Source: Cyanobacteria bacterium P01_A01_bin.123 (GTDB lineage Bacteria; Cyanobacteriota; Cyanobacteriia; Phormidesmidales; Phormidesmidaceae). From it: a DNA stretch of 64,000 nt. The notes beneath the pieces were generated by a model. That model searched no databases, had not been told where the DNA came from, and saw only the letters and a list, made by a program, of their open reading frames with translations. Within the stretch, counting starts at the first letter, position 1. Each line of letters starts with the position of its first letter. Positions 10,750 to 21,146 of the stretch are shown here, piece by piece. The DNA is taken from assembly GCA_039815185.1 (NCBI GenBank), contig JBCBZT010000016.1, forward strand, positions 72,687-136,686. Direction: 5' to 3'. The translations under genes were made by a program, and so were the position numbers.

Positions 10750-10819
10750 AAGGAGTGGTTTAGGGTGTTGCTAACTAGGGCGAAATATATAAACCTGACG
10801 AGATCTCAAGACCCCGCAG

Positions 10820-10868
10820 GATCTCCTCGGCTAAAGCTACCCCCTTGTTAAGGGGGGTAGGGGGGATC
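10820..10868. repeat. GC-rich palindromic dispersed repeat, copy 2
   Basis: GATCTCCTCGGCTAAAGCTACCCCCTTGTTAAGGGGGGTAGGGGGGATC aligns with 3738-3787. Lies just downstream of the pgk stop. Confidence 0.8.
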
Positions 10869-10878
10869 TCAATATTGG

Positions 10879-12084
10879 TTAAGCATCATCCAGGGCAGCA
10901 ATCCCAGGAAGCACCTTACCTTCCAGCAGTTCTAGGCTAGCGCCGCCACCAGTGGAAATGTGGCTCATCTTGTCAGCCACGCCAACCTTCTCAACTGCGG
11001 CCACCGAGTCGCCGCCGCCAATGATGGTGGTGGTGCCTTGACCTGTGAGGTCTGCTAGAGTAAACGCGATCGCTTCGGTGCCCTTAGCAAACTTGTCAAA
11101 CTCAAATACTCCCATGGGGCCGTTCCAAATCACGCTCTTACACTGACCTAGAGCGTCTTGGAAAACCTTAATAGAATCAGGGCCAATATCCAAGCCCATC
11201 CAACCGTCGGGGATGGCATCCACGCTGACCGTTTCGGCATTGGCATCAGGAGCAAAGTTGTCGGCAACCACCACATCTGTCGGCAACAGCAAATCAACGC
11301 CTTTTTCCTTAGCCTTGACTTCCAAAGCCTTGGCCAATTCCAGCTTGTCTTCTTCCACCAAAGACTTACCGACACTGAGGCCACGCGCCTTGTAGAAAGT
11401 AAAGATCATACCGCCACCAATCAGCAGCTTATCGACCTTGTCTAATAGCGTCTCGATTACGCCAATCTTGCTGGACACCTTAGACCCACCCACAATAGCT
11501 GCCAAAGGTTTTTTGGGATTTTCAATAGCGTTTTGTAGGTACTCCAGCTCTTTTTCAATCAGGTAGCCCCCAACTGAAGGACTTAGATAAGCCGTTACTC
11601 CTGCGGTAGAGGCATGGGCGCGGTGCGCAGTGCCAAAGGCATCATTGACGTAGAGATCGGCTACAGCAGCCAACTGCTTAGCAAATTCAGGGTCGTTACC
11701 TTCTTCTCCAGCGTAGAAGCGCACGTTTTCGAGCAAGGCAACCTGACCGTTTTCCATGCCGTTGACTGCGGCAGCGACGGCGTCCCCAACACAGTCATCG
11801 CACTTGATGACTGACTGCCCGAGCAGTTCAGACAGGCGAGTCGTCACTGGGGTTAACCGCATGCTGTCGACCACCTTACCCTTGGGACGACCGAAGTGGC
11901 TGCAGAGCACAACCTTAGCGCCTTTACTGGTGAGATCTTGAATCGTCGGCAGGGCCGCCCGAATGCGGGTGTCATCAGTAATGTTGCCTTGATCGTCTAG
12001 GGGTACGTTAAAGTCAGCACGTACCAAGACTCGCTTGCCGGAAAGTTCGGCTGCGCCCAAGCTTGCCACAGTTTTTTTTGCCAC
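10879..12084 (-). CDS. pgk: Phosphoglycerate kinase
   Basis: [45 protein letters not shown] start after GGAGG. Confidence 0.98.
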   Translation of the reverse strand: MAKKTVASLGAAELSGKRVLVRADFNVPLDDQGNITDDTRIRAALPTIQDLTSKGAKVVLCSHFGRPKGKVVDSMRLTPVTTRLSELLGQSVIKCDDCVGDAVAAAVNGMENGQVALLENVRFYAGEEGNDPEFAKQLAAVADLYVNDAFGTAHRAHASTAGVTAYLSPSVGGYLIEKELEYLQNAIENPKKPLAAIVGGSKVSSKIGVIETLLDKVDKLLIGGGMIFTFYKARGLSVGKSLVEEDKLELAKALEVKAKEKGVDLLLPTDVVVADNFAPDANAETVSVDAIPDGWMGLDIGPDSIKVFQDALGQCKSVIWNGPMGVFEFDKFAKGTEAIAFTLADLTGQGTTTIIGGGDSVAAVEKVGVADKMSHISTGGGASLELLEGKVLPGIAALDDA

Positions 12085-12326
12085 GGTCGTTAAACCTCCC
12101 AAATGCGTTTATTACAATATGCACAGTTGACTCAGTTGCGGGGTATGGCTTCGTTTACCCTAGATTTCAGAGTCTCTTAAAAAGAGCTTCTTAGAGCGTC
12201 TCTCAGAACATGACGCCGACGCAAGACCTGAGTCAGCCAAAATTTGATCAATACTGTTTGATCAATAGGTATTTAGACTCATCAATAGTATTTTACCGGA
12301 GTCTGTGATCTCCTCGGGTGAAACCC

Positions 12327-12737
12327 ATGTTTAAGACCATCCTTTTTCCTGTTGATATGAGTCCAGAAGCTCAGCAGGCAGCCAGTGTAACGGCAGAATT
12401 AGTCCAGCTACATCAAAGCAAGTTGATCATTGTCTCAGTGGTTGAGCAAGCGACCCCTGAGCAGCCGATAGCCCACCCTGAGCAAACTTCAACACAGGCA
12501 GTAGCAGCGCTGCTAGGCCAGGTCAAAGCCCTGTTTGCTGCTAAAGGAATTGCTTGTGAAACCATTGAACGGGAAGGACAACCCGCTTTTGTCATTTGTG
12601 ATGTGGCTGACGAAATTAACGCCGACTTGATTGTGATGGGCTGTCGCGGTATTGGGTTAATCGAAGATGCAAAAGCTGAAAGTGTGACCAATCGAGTCAT
12701 TAACCTTTCCCCTTGCCCCATATTGGTAGTGCCATAA
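12327..12737 (+). CDS. Universal stress protein
   Basis: MFKTILFPVD, ADLIVMGCRG, SVTNRVINLSPCPILVVP. Confidence 0.92.
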   Translation: MFKTILFPVDMSPEAQQAASVTAELVQLHQSKLIIVSVVEQATPEQPIAHPEQTSTQAVAALLGQVKALFAAKGIACETIEREGQPAFVICDVADEINADLIVMGCRGIGLIEDAKAESVTNRVINLSPCPILVVP

Positions 12738-12893
12738 TCCGGAGTGGTGCTGTTTGCAGGTGTGGTTTATATGGGCAAGATGTCTGCATAACTTCAAAAC
12801 GCTAGACATACCCCATAGGTGCATTCGCCTGTTTTCTAGGACAGGCACGCCTCCGATTCAACTACAGACAAATCCAATAGGAAAAATTTTCGT

Positions 12894-13643
12894 ATGAAAC
12901 GCTTTCACCGATTCTCTGCCCGCAAGTTTGGCGTCTTGTTCGCCTCTGTCTTGTTATCGACTGGGGGATTGGGCTTAATCACAACCCTGCCTAGCTTTGC
13001 CCAAGAAACCTTTGAATTAACCGGCACCCTTGTTCCTGCCGAAGATGAGTACCAGTTTGAAGGCGTCGGTGGACAAACGGTTTCAATTTCCATGACCAGC
13101 GAGGAATTTGACACGTTGCTGGTGCTATTGGGGCCTGATGGTGAAGAAGTGGCGATGAATGACGATGACTATTTTGACCGTTCACTCAATTCCAAAATTG
13201 TCACGACTCTCCCCACCGATGGAACCTACACCATTATTGCCAAATCTTTTGGTGGGCGAGGGGGTGACTATGTTGTCTCCGTACAACCGGCAACTGAGTT
13301 CGAAACTGCTTACGCTCAAGCGGTAACCCTAAGCTTGGATGGGGATTTACAAGGTGCGATCGCGGCCTATAGCGAAGCGATCGCCATTGACGATAGCCAA
13401 CCTGCCGCTTATCTGAGTCGGGCTGAAGCCTATTTTAATGAAGCATACCAACGCCTAGGGGAAGATTTTGGTGGCCCTGAAGATCTTGCCGATGATGTTC
13501 GGGAAGCGATCGCTAGCGATTACGAAAGCGCTGCCGACATCTACGAAGCCCAAGGGGAGCCCGACTTTGCGATTTCTTTGCGAGACCAAGCTACCTACAT
13601 CCGCACCGGCGAGTATCCTGAGTATCCAGAATATCCAAGCTAA
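12894..13643 (+). CDS. Secreted PPC-domain/TPR protein
   Basis: Signal peptide, PPC-like beta domain (SEEFDTLLVLLGPDG..NDD) and TPR-like helices. Confidence 0.75.
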   Translation: MKRFHRFSARKFGVLFASVLLSTGGLGLITTLPSFAQETFELTGTLVPAEDEYQFEGVGGQTVSISMTSEEFDTLLVLLGPDGEEVAMNDDDYFDRSLNSKIVTTLPTDGTYTIIAKSFGGRGGDYVVSVQPATEFETAYAQAVTLSLDGDLQGAIAAYSEAIAIDDSQPAAYLSRAEAYFNEAYQRLGEDFGGPEDLADDVREAIASDYESAADIYEAQGEPDFAISLRDQATYIRTGEYPEYPEYPS

Positions 13644-13671
13644 TCGGATTTTGAAGTACAATTCGCCGCAT

Positions 13672-14661
13672 TTATGCAGGAACCAAGCTATCTGACCATA
13701 GTTCCTTCATTTCTAACCAGTCTCGGCTAAACAACCGAGACTGGTAGCGAGCGCCACTGTCACAAAGAATCGTCACAATGGTGTGGCCCGGGCCAAGTTG
13801 TTTGGCCAGGGTCACTGCTGCACCGACATTGATGCCAACGGATCCGCCCATAAATAGCCCGTCTTTATGCAGCAATTGATAGACCACCTGTAGCGCTTCC
13901 GGGTCTGCCACTTGGATAGCATCGTCAGCAGGTGCGCCCTGCATGTTGGCTGTAACCCGACCATTGCCAATGCCTTCAGTCACTGAGTTGCCTGTGATGC
14001 TAATTTCGCCAGTTTTAACGTAGCTGTAGAGGCCGCTCCCCATGGGGTCAGCGACGACGCATTTAAGATTAGGATTTTTTTCTTTGAGGAATAGAGCCGT
14101 TCCAGCGTAAGTGCCGCCGGTGCCCGTAGCGGCGACCCAAGCATCGACTTTACCGTCAGTTTGTGCCCAGATCTCAGGCCCGGTTGTTTCATAGTGGGCC
14201 CGGCGGTTGGCTAGGTTGTCAAATTGATTGGCCCAAATAGCGTTATCTAGTTCTTCAGCGAGGCGTCCAGACACTTTCACATAGTTCTCTGGGTTGCGAT
14301 AAGGCACCGCGGGTACGGTGCGTACTTCTGCTCCCAACGTCCGCAGCAGGTCAATTTTTTCCTGGGATTGGGTCTCCGGAATAATAATCAGGCAGCGATA
14401 GCCTTTGGCGTTGCAGATGTGGGCTAAGCCAATGCCCGTATTACCTGCGGTACCCTCCACAACCGTTCCGCCAGGTTTCAGCAGGCCTTTTTCTTCAGCG
14501 TCTTTGATGATGTAAAGTGCTGCCCGATCTTTCACTGACCCACCGGGATTCAGAAATTCTGCCTTACCTAAGATTTCGCAGCCCGTTGCTTCGCTAAAGC
14601 TGTTGAGTCGAATCAGAGGGGTATTGCCAACCGTGTCTACGAAACCTGCTTTGATATCCAT
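13672..14661 (-). CDS. cysK: Cysteine synthase family PLP enzyme
   Basis: VGNTPLIRL, NPGGSVKDR, GTAGNTG, GTGGT. Confidence 0.9.
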   Translation of the reverse strand: MDIKAGFVDTVGNTPLIRLNSFSEATGCEILGKAEFLNPGGSVKDRAALYIIKDAEEKGLLKPGGTVVEGTAGNTGIGLAHICNAKGYRCLIIIPETQSQEKIDLLRTLGAEVRTVPAVPYRNPENYVKVSGRLAEELDNAIWANQFDNLANRRAHYETTGPEIWAQTDGKVDAWVAATGTGGTYAGTALFLKEKNPNLKCVVADPMGSGLYSYVKTGEISITGNSVTEGIGNGRVTANMQGAPADDAIQVADPEALQVVYQLLHKDGLFMGGSVGINVGAAVTLAKQLGPGHTIVTILCDSGARYQSRLFSRDWLEMKELWSDSLVPA

Positions 14662-14882
14662 TGCCAACTGTTTACTCAAACCGTTTGGAGGTGGTCAATT
14701 GTTTTCTGGTCATTCCCTATCCTATCGGACGACACTCGTGAACTGAGCAATTCCACTTCTTCTAAGCCTACAAAAATCCAACCCATCCTCAATCGATCTT
14801 TCACCCCAGGGAAAACCGTCCTGACCGGTGCGGTTCTCCGTCTCAGAAAGTCTTTACGATTCGTTACGATTGGAGCGAGCTA

Positions 14883-15008
14883 GGGCGTGTCATCAATTAA
14901 GCGCGAAAAGCTTTATGGCTGAGCCTTGTCACGCCCGACCCAACTAAACGAGCTAGGGGCTGTACCGTTGTTCTAAAAGCAATGGACAATCTAATTGTTG
15001 ACAGCCCC
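14883..15008. mobile_element. MITE, 126 bp, with imperfect terminal inverted repeats and TA flanks
   Basis: TA|GGGCGTGTCATCAATTA ... TAATTGTTGACAGCCCC|TA. Arms match 14/17. No transposase ORF. Confidence 0.75.
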
Positions 15009-15086
15009 TATTGGTTCAGCTTCGCCTAAGGTTGATCCATCAGCAGTGAGATTAGGCCTTGTCGTAACAATCAAAAGAGGTGCCCC

Positions 15087-16214
15087 ATGAACAATAGTAT
15101 TCGCGTGGGCAATTTGTTTGGAATTCCCTTTTATATCAATGTTTCCTGGTTTCTTGTGCTGGCTCTGGTGACCTGGAACTATGGCAGTGGGTTAGCCTAC
15201 GGATTTCAATCTTTGACGGGGCTAACGCCTTGGCTGCTGGGGTTGGGCGCAGCATTGTTGCTGTTTTCCTCAGTCCTGGCCCATGAGCTGGGGCATAGCT
15301 TTGTCGCGATGAGTCAAGGCATTGGCGTACGTTCTATCACCCTGTTTTTGTTTGGTGGTTTAGCGTCTTTGGAGCGAGAGTCTGATTCACCCAGTGGAGC
15401 CTTTTGGGTTGCGATCGCAGGCCCAGCTGTCAGCCTTGCCCTGTTCGGGTTGCTGACGGTGACTAATATTGTGCTGCCCCTCGCAGGCCCGTTGGCTGCC
15501 ATTGTCAATTTGCTGGCTTACATCAATCTGATTTTGGCAACGTTTAACCTGATTCCGGGGTTGCCTTTAGATGGCGGTAATGTGCTGAAGGCTCTCGTTT
15601 GGAAAATAACAGGCAATCCTTACAAAGGCGTTGCCTTTGCCAGCCGCGTGGGTCAGTTTTTAGGGTGGACAGCCATCGTGTTTGGTGTGTTGTCTGTGTT
15701 AGGTCTCAGTGAATTTGGCAGTATTTGGACAATGTTGATTGGGTTCTTCTTACTGCAAAATGCCAATCGAACGGCTCAGTTTGCAGATGTCCAATCCAAG
15801 CTGGATGGCCTCACCGCCGCTGATGCCATCGTTCCCGACAGCCCCATCGTGCCCCAAGCTTCTACCCTCCGACAGTTTGCCGATCAGATCGTGCTGTCAG
15901 CGGGCAAGGGCTGGCGTAAATTTTTGGTCACTGACGATGCTGGTCAGCTCGTCGGGCTGCTTCAGCTTGACGCACTCAGGGACATCCCCAATAGCGAGTG
16001 GGGCAATATCTGGGTACGCGATCGCATGGAAGCCATCGGCAACCTAGAAACCGTCGAGTCTGATCAGCCATTAATGGATGTGGTTAAACTGCTAGAAGAA
16101 AAGCAGCTCCAGTCGCTGGCTGTGACTGAAGACAACGGCCTATTGTTAGGACTGTTAGAAAAGAGCTCCATTCGCGATTTGCTGCAGCGGAGAGCAAGTG
16201 AAACTCCGACTTAA
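15087..16214 (+). CDS. Site-2 protease (M50) with CBS domains
   Basis: HELGH, AIAGPAVS, FNLIPGLPLDGG and a C-terminal CBS pair. Confidence 0.93.
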   Translation: MNNSIRVGNLFGIPFYINVSWFLVLALVTWNYGSGLAYGFQSLTGLTPWLLGLGAALLLFSSVLAHELGHSFVAMSQGIGVRSITLFLFGGLASLERESDSPSGAFWVAIAGPAVSLALFGLLTVTNIVLPLAGPLAAIVNLLAYINLILATFNLIPGLPLDGGNVLKALVWKITGNPYKGVAFASRVGQFLGWTAIVFGVLSVLGLSEFGSIWTMLIGFFLLQNANRTAQFADVQSKLDGLTAADAIVPDSPIVPQASTLRQFADQIVLSAGKGWRKFLVTDDAGQLVGLLQLDALRDIPNSEWGNIWVRDRMEAIGNLETVESDQPLMDVVKLLEEKQLQSLAVTEDNGLLLGLLEKSSIRDLLQRRASETPT

Positions 16215-16363
16215 CTGTCGCAGTAGGAGATTAGAGGCCTAGCGGGAATGGGGAATTTACCCTATTCCCGTTGCTCATTTTCTGATAATGACTTAGATGG
16301 GCGTGGTCTAAACCGTTAAGGCTACAGCCACGATTGGTTTGGTATAGCTGGAGGCGTGAGGGC

Positions 16364-17101
16364 ATGTCCCTATGGATTTTAGGCGGGGCCAGTTTCGTGG
16401 CCTGGTTTATCAGCATGTTGGCCGGGGGCGGTAGCCCTCTGGTACTCATCCCAATCGTGAGTGTTTTACTGGGTGCCCAAGCCGTTGCCCCGGTGATTAC
16501 GCTGGGTATGTTGATTGGCAATCTCCAACGAACAGTCGTCTTTCGCCAGGCCATTGATTGGCAGATCACGCGTTGGCAAATGCCTGGCGCTTTGTTCGGG
16601 GCCATATTGGGCAGCTATTTGTTTACCCAGATTCAGGCGGCATGGTTGCAGGGCCTCGTCGCGATCGCACTGCTGTTGATGGCCATAAATACTGGATTAG
16701 GTCGCGGAAAACTGGCAATTCCGATCAAAGCCTGGTATTTCATGCCCCTAGCAGCGTTCAATGCTGTGCTATCGGGCATTGTGGGCAGCACTGGCCCTGT
16801 GCTTAATCCGATTTATTTGAGCTACGGTCTAGACAAAGAGACCTTAATTGCGACGAAGTCGGTCAATGTTGCCGCCATGCATGTTGTCAAGCTATTGACC
16901 TACCTGAGCTTAGGGGTGATGAATCCAACTTATTTGGTCTATGGCTTGGTTATTGGAGTGGCCGCCATTCCTGCTAACTGGCTCGGGCAACAGTTCCTTG
17001 AACGCATGAGCAGTGCGCAGTTTCGTCAGGTTGTATTGGGCTTTGTCGCCGTTAGTGGCATGTGGATGCTGTGGCAACAGCGATCGCTGGTGGTTTTTTA
17101 A
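16364..17101 (+). CDS. Sulfite exporter TauE/SafE family membrane protein
   Basis: AGGGSPL and GIVGSTGP repeats, about 8 hydrophobic segments. Confidence 0.85.
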   Translation: MSLWILGGASFVAWFISMLAGGGSPLVLIPIVSVLLGAQAVAPVITLGMLIGNLQRTVVFRQAIDWQITRWQMPGALFGAILGSYLFTQIQAAWLQGLVAIALLLMAINTGLGRGKLAIPIKAWYFMPLAAFNAVLSGIVGSTGPVLNPIYLSYGLDKETLIATKSVNVAAMHVVKLLTYLSLGVMNPTYLVYGLVIGVAAIPANWLGQQFLERMSSAQFRQVVLGFVAVSGMWMLWQQRSLVVF

Positions 17102-17117
17102 CCCCTAAATTCCTTGC

Positions 17118-18401
17118 TCAAATCTCTTGTGACTGAGCTTCCTTGGGTTTCGCCAAATCTAACATCGCTTGTACATGGCAATATAGGGATTCCTCGTCTT
17201 CGCCATCAAGGTGTCGATCTTTGAGATCAATCAACCCTTGAGCTAAGACTTCGGCCTTAGGTTTGTAAACCGCATTGGCGTTGAGCAAATCGGCAAAGAC
17301 TTCTTGCTCAATTGCTAAACGGTTGGCTTCTTGACTAAGCGGTGAGCCATAAGCAACTTCATCCACCTCATACTTCAACAAAAAGATCAGGGCACCGCTT
17401 AGCCCTTGCAAGTTTTTTTGCAGTTGACGGGTATCCAGTTCCAAACGGTCAAACCCCACCTGACCCGTTATCCGTAGTTCCACAATAGGGGCTGAGGCTG
17501 GGGTAATCTGGCCTGAAGCGATCGCGTCTTCCACCATCGCGATCGCACTTTGCTCTAATGTCTCCAGGGTTTCTTTCCCCTTAGCTGTCACCGTCAAGCG
17601 GACACAGGTGCGTTGATAATAATCCCGTTTCAGGGTTGCTTGAATCCCCTGAGAGGAAAATTCCACAAGATATACCCCCCGCTCGTACCCGCTCTCTTCA
17701 ATGTTGTTGGCCTCTACAGATCCTGGATTAAAAATCCAGCCCGCCTCAGTATAGTTTTTATGGATATGGCCTAAAGCTAAATAATCTACCCCCGCTTCCT
17801 TTAAGGGCAACACCTCTCGATAACGTAGCGCGCCGGCATAGCGTGCGATTTGCCCCTCTAATCCATGGTGAAACATTAACACTGTATACCTTGGGCCACG
17901 GGGCAACGTTTGCATTGCCGCCGCCATTTGCTCAATTGCTTGGGGCGCTGCCGCACCATACCAGTTTGCCCCCAAGACACGCACCCCACAGTCAAGGTCA
18001 ATGTAACCTCCCCGCCGTCCATCCCAAGGAGAATAAAAGGGTTCCCCTTGAGCGATGTTACCGGGCTCAAGCAGGATTAACAGCCCCCAATCTGAAAGGT
18101 AGCGCAGCCAACTGGTCGCAGTGCCATAGGGACAGTTATCGTGGTTGCCCTCAATTGCCAACACCGGAATGTGAGCTGCTTGCAGTAACCGTAGACAAAT
18201 CTGGGCCTGATTGAGGACTGCCGGTTGAATATTGCGATGTTCAAACAGGTCGCCAGCAATGATTACAAAATCTACCCCAGCGTCAATGGCGTGGCGTTGT
18301 AGGGCATCGCGGAGAGCCTTGAAGAAGTCCTTAGTACGCTCCGAATTATCGTAGCGATCAAAGCCTAAGTGAATATCTGCCAAATGAAGAAAACGGGGCA
18401 C
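17118..18401 (-). CDS. sbcD: SbcD/Mre11-like DNA repair exonuclease
   Basis: HLADIHLG, AGDLF, GNHD, LALGHIH, NPGS. Confidence 0.85.
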   Translation of the reverse strand: MPRFLHLADIHLGFDRYDNSERTKDFFKALRDALQRHAIDAGVDFVIIAGDLFEHRNIQPAVLNQAQICLRLLQAAHIPVLAIEGNHDNCPYGTATSWLRYLSDWGLLILLEPGNIAQGEPFYSPWDGRRGGYIDLDCGVRVLGANWYGAAAPQAIEQMAAAMQTLPRGPRYTVLMFHHGLEGQIARYAGALRYREVLPLKEAGVDYLALGHIHKNYTEAGWIFNPGSVEANNIEESGYERGVYLVEFSSQGIQATLKRDYYQRTCVRLTVTAKGKETLETLEQSAIAMVEDAIASGQITPASAPIVELRITGQVGFDRLELDTRQLQKNLQGLSGALIFLLKYEVDEVAYGSPLSQEANRLAIEQEVFADLLNANAVYKPKAEVLAQGLIDLKDRHLDGEDEESLYCHVQAMLDLAKPKEAQSQEI

Positions 18402-18621
18402 AAGGGCAATCTTCAGATTAACAACAACAAAAAGCCTAGGTTACCGCGCCTTTAAACCTTAGCTAACTTTTGGAATAACTTGAATCGAGAAGCAGCCCCT
18501 GAGTATGACCCAGAAATCATGAAAGAATCCAGGAGACTTGTTGTTTCAGAATCAAAGGGCTGAGCAAAAGCTATTCTGGCACATAATTCCTCGCTTCTGA
18601 CTCATGCCAAAGTCAGTCCAA

Positions 18622-19728
18622 CTAAACTGAAGCCGAAGCGCTTGATGCCGCGATCTCCTGTAACCTTTCCTGTTGGTCTTGGGAAATACACGACTGGATC
18701 ATCTCATCAATGTCGCCTTCTAGGGCCGGGGTGAGGTTGAAGTTTTTTCCGAGGCGATGGTCGGTGATGCGGTTGTCTTTGTAGTTATAGGTACGAATTT
18801 TTTCCGATCGGGCTCCAGTTCCAACCTGCGATCGCCGCATTGAGGTCACCTCCTCCTGTTGTTCCCGCAGTTGCATCTCGTAGAGCTTAGCCCGCAAAAT
18901 TTGCATGGCCCGTTCACGGTTTTGCAGCTGCGATCGCTCTTCGGTACAAAAAATCCGAATTCCCGTTGGCTTATGGAACAAATCCACCGCCGTTTCCACC
19001 TTATTCACGTTTTGCCCCCCTGCACCGCCCGAACGAGCCGTGCTGATCTCTAAGTCTCGGGGATCAATCTTGACTTCGACATCATCAACTTCAGGCATAA
19101 TTGCCACTGTCGCCGTTGACGTGTGCACCCGTCCGCCCGCTTCAGTAACAGGTACCCGCTGTACCCGGTGAACCCCAGCTTCAAACTTAAGTTGGCTGTA
19201 AACGCGATCGCCCTGGATCTCTAAAATGGCTTCTTTGAAACCACCCATGTCCGCGAGAGATTCACTCAAGAGCTTGACCCGCCAGCTTTGCCCCTCAGAA
19301 TAACGAGAATACATTCGCACTAAGTCACCAGCCCAGATGCTGGCCTCATCGCCGCCAGCTCCTGCCCGAATCTCGAGCATAATATTCTTATCGTCGTTGG
19401 GATCCTGAGGCAGCAGCAAAATCTTGAGTCGTACTTCGAGTTGCTCAATCTGCTGTTCTAGTTCCTCAACTTCCAAAGATGCCATTGCACGCAACTCAGC
19501 ATCCGCCGCAGACTCTCGGTAAACCTCTTGGGCTCCGTTGAGTTCTTCCGACGCTTGTTTCCACTGCTCAAAGGTATTCACGGTCTCTTCTAAAGCAGAT
19601 CGAGCCTTTGCAACCCGCTGAAATTCACTTGGGTCAGTCGCCACGTCCGGATCAGCTAGACGTCGCGTCAACTCATGGAAAGTTTGCTCAACGGATTTGA
19701 GTTTATCAAGTAAGTAAGCTTCAGCCAT
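18622..19728 (-). CDS. prfA: Peptide chain release factor 1
   Basis: GGQ motif, PVT anticodon-mimic motif, RSEKIRTYN. Confidence 0.97.
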   Translation of the reverse strand: MAEAYLLDKLKSVEQTFHELTRRLADPDVATDPSEFQRVAKARSALEETVNTFEQWKQASEELNGAQEVYRESAADAELRAMASLEVEELEQQIEQLEVRLKILLLPQDPNDDKNIMLEIRAGAGGDEASIWAGDLVRMYSRYSEGQSWRVKLLSESLADMGGFKEAILEIQGDRVYSQLKFEAGVHRVQRVPVTEAGGRVHTSTATVAIMPEVDDVEVKIDPRDLEISTARSGGAGGQNVNKVETAVDLFHKPTGIRIFCTEERSQLQNRERAMQILRAKLYEMQLREQQEEVTSMRRSQVGTGARSEKIRTYNYKDNRITDHRLGKNFNLTPALEGDIDEMIQSCISQDQQERLQEIAASSASASV

Positions 19729-19841
19729 AGCAGATAAGCACACCAGTTATGGTGACCAAAAATTGACAATAGACGACTCGCCCTGCACACGGCCCAAAGT
19801 CACTAGCTCAGTCCCTGTGTACAGTCGACCATTGTCAATGG

Positions 19842-20075
19842 CTATTTATCTTGAGCTTCGCTGCTGCTGTCTACCATGCCATACTTCCGCAAGAAGCGCT
19901 CAACCCGTCCCTCGGTGTCAATGATTTTCTGAGTTCCTGTGTAGAAGGGGTGATTCCCAGACCAAACGTCGACGTGGAGTTCTGGCTGGGTAGAGCCAAT
20001 AGTCATAATCTCTTTCCCGTCGCAGAAGACTTTAGCTTCGGGATACCATTTGGGGTGAATATCAGGTTTAGGCAT
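19842..20075 (-). CDS. rpmE: 50S ribosomal protein L31
   Basis: DIHPKWY, HPFYTG, GRVERF. Confidence 0.97.
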   Translation of the reverse strand: MPKPDIHPKWYPEAKVFCDGKEIMTIGSTQPELHVDVWSGNHPFYTGTQKIIDTEGRVERFLRKYGMVDSSSEAQDK

Positions 20076-20200
20076 TGATCTAATGCTGAATTTAGCTAGC
20101 AGAAACGTTCAAGTGAACTATAGCAACATCCAAATCAACAACGCTTGATTCAGGTTGAAGACTCAAGTTTTCGAATCAAATGTAGCTCACCAGTTTAATG

Positions 20201-20614
20201 TTAACGCTTGGAGAACTGAGGGGCTTTACGAGCTTTACGCAAGCCATATTTCTTTCGTTCTTTACACCGGGGATCGCGGGTGAGATACCCTTCAACTTTG
20301 AGCGGTTTTCGATTGTCAGGATCCAGCTCACATAAAGCTCGAGCGACGCCCAGGCGAATCGCATCGGCATGGCCAGTTAAGCCGCCGCCACGCACGTTGA
20401 CCAAAACATCGTAGTCGCTTTCAAGTCCCAAGGTCTCTAAAGGAGCTTTGGCCGAGCTGAGATAGTTAGGATTGAACTGGAGATGTTCTTCACCGGGTTT
20501 GCCATTGATAGTCATTTTGCCGCTACCGGGAACCAGGCGAACCCGAGCGATCGCCGCCTTCCGCCGCCCCGTGCCCCAATAAACTGCGCGATCACTCTGA
20601 TCTGTTGCCTGCAT
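20201..20614 (-). CDS. rpsI: 30S ribosomal protein S9
   Basis: [17 protein letters not shown]. Confidence 0.98.
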   Translation of the reverse strand: MQATDQSDRAVYWGTGRRKAAIARVRLVPGSGKMTINGKPGEEHLQFNPNYLSSAKAPLETLGLESDYDVLVNVRGGGLTGHADAIRLGVARALCELDPDNRKPLKVEGYLTRDPRCKERKKYGLRKARKAPQFSKR

Positions 20615-21072
20615 TATTTCTGATCTCCTGGAGTCGTTTGGATGGTAAGGATTTCAGGCTGCTGTGCCTGATGAGGATGCTCAGGCCCAGCATAGACCTT
20701 CAATTTAGTAAATAACTTCCGGCCCAAGCTGTTCTTCGGCAACATCCCTTTCACCGCTTTTTCAATGATTCGCTCTGGAATGCGGGCCTGAAGCTGATCA
20801 AAGGTTTCCATTTTCATCCCGCCTGGACGACCAGAGTGACGACGATAAAGCTTGTCTGACCGCTTGCGACCGGTGACATCCACCTTCTCAGCATTGATGA
20901 CGATCACAAAATCACCCGTATCCATATGGGGCATGTAGGTCGGTTTGTTTTTACCCCGTAGGATCATAGCAATTTGGGTTGCCAATCTTCCCAATCTCTG
21001 GTCGGCCGCGTCAACCACATACCAGTTGCGCTCAAGGGTAGATTCTGAAGGAACAAATGTCTTGCTAGTCAT
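20614..21072 (-). CDS. rplM: 50S ribosomal protein L13
   Basis: WYVVDA, LGRLA, GMLPKN. Confidence 0.98.
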   Translation of the reverse strand: MTSKTFVPSESTLERNWYVVDAADQRLGRLATQIAMILRGKNKPTYMPHMDTGDFVIVINAEKVDVTGRKRSDKLYRRHSGRPGGMKMETFDQLQARIPERIIEKAVKGMLPKNSLGRKLFTKLKVYAGPEHPHQAQQPEILTIQTTPGDQK

Positions 21073-21146
21073 GGCTCTATAAACACATTTCTGAGAATAA
21101 AAGGCTACTGAAAGTTAAAGATTGAGACACAGCGAAGTAAACGTGA

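Noticed and set aside
13611..13637. EYPEYPEYP repeat at the end of the PPC/TPR protein
   Set aside because: A short coding microrepeat with no evident significance.
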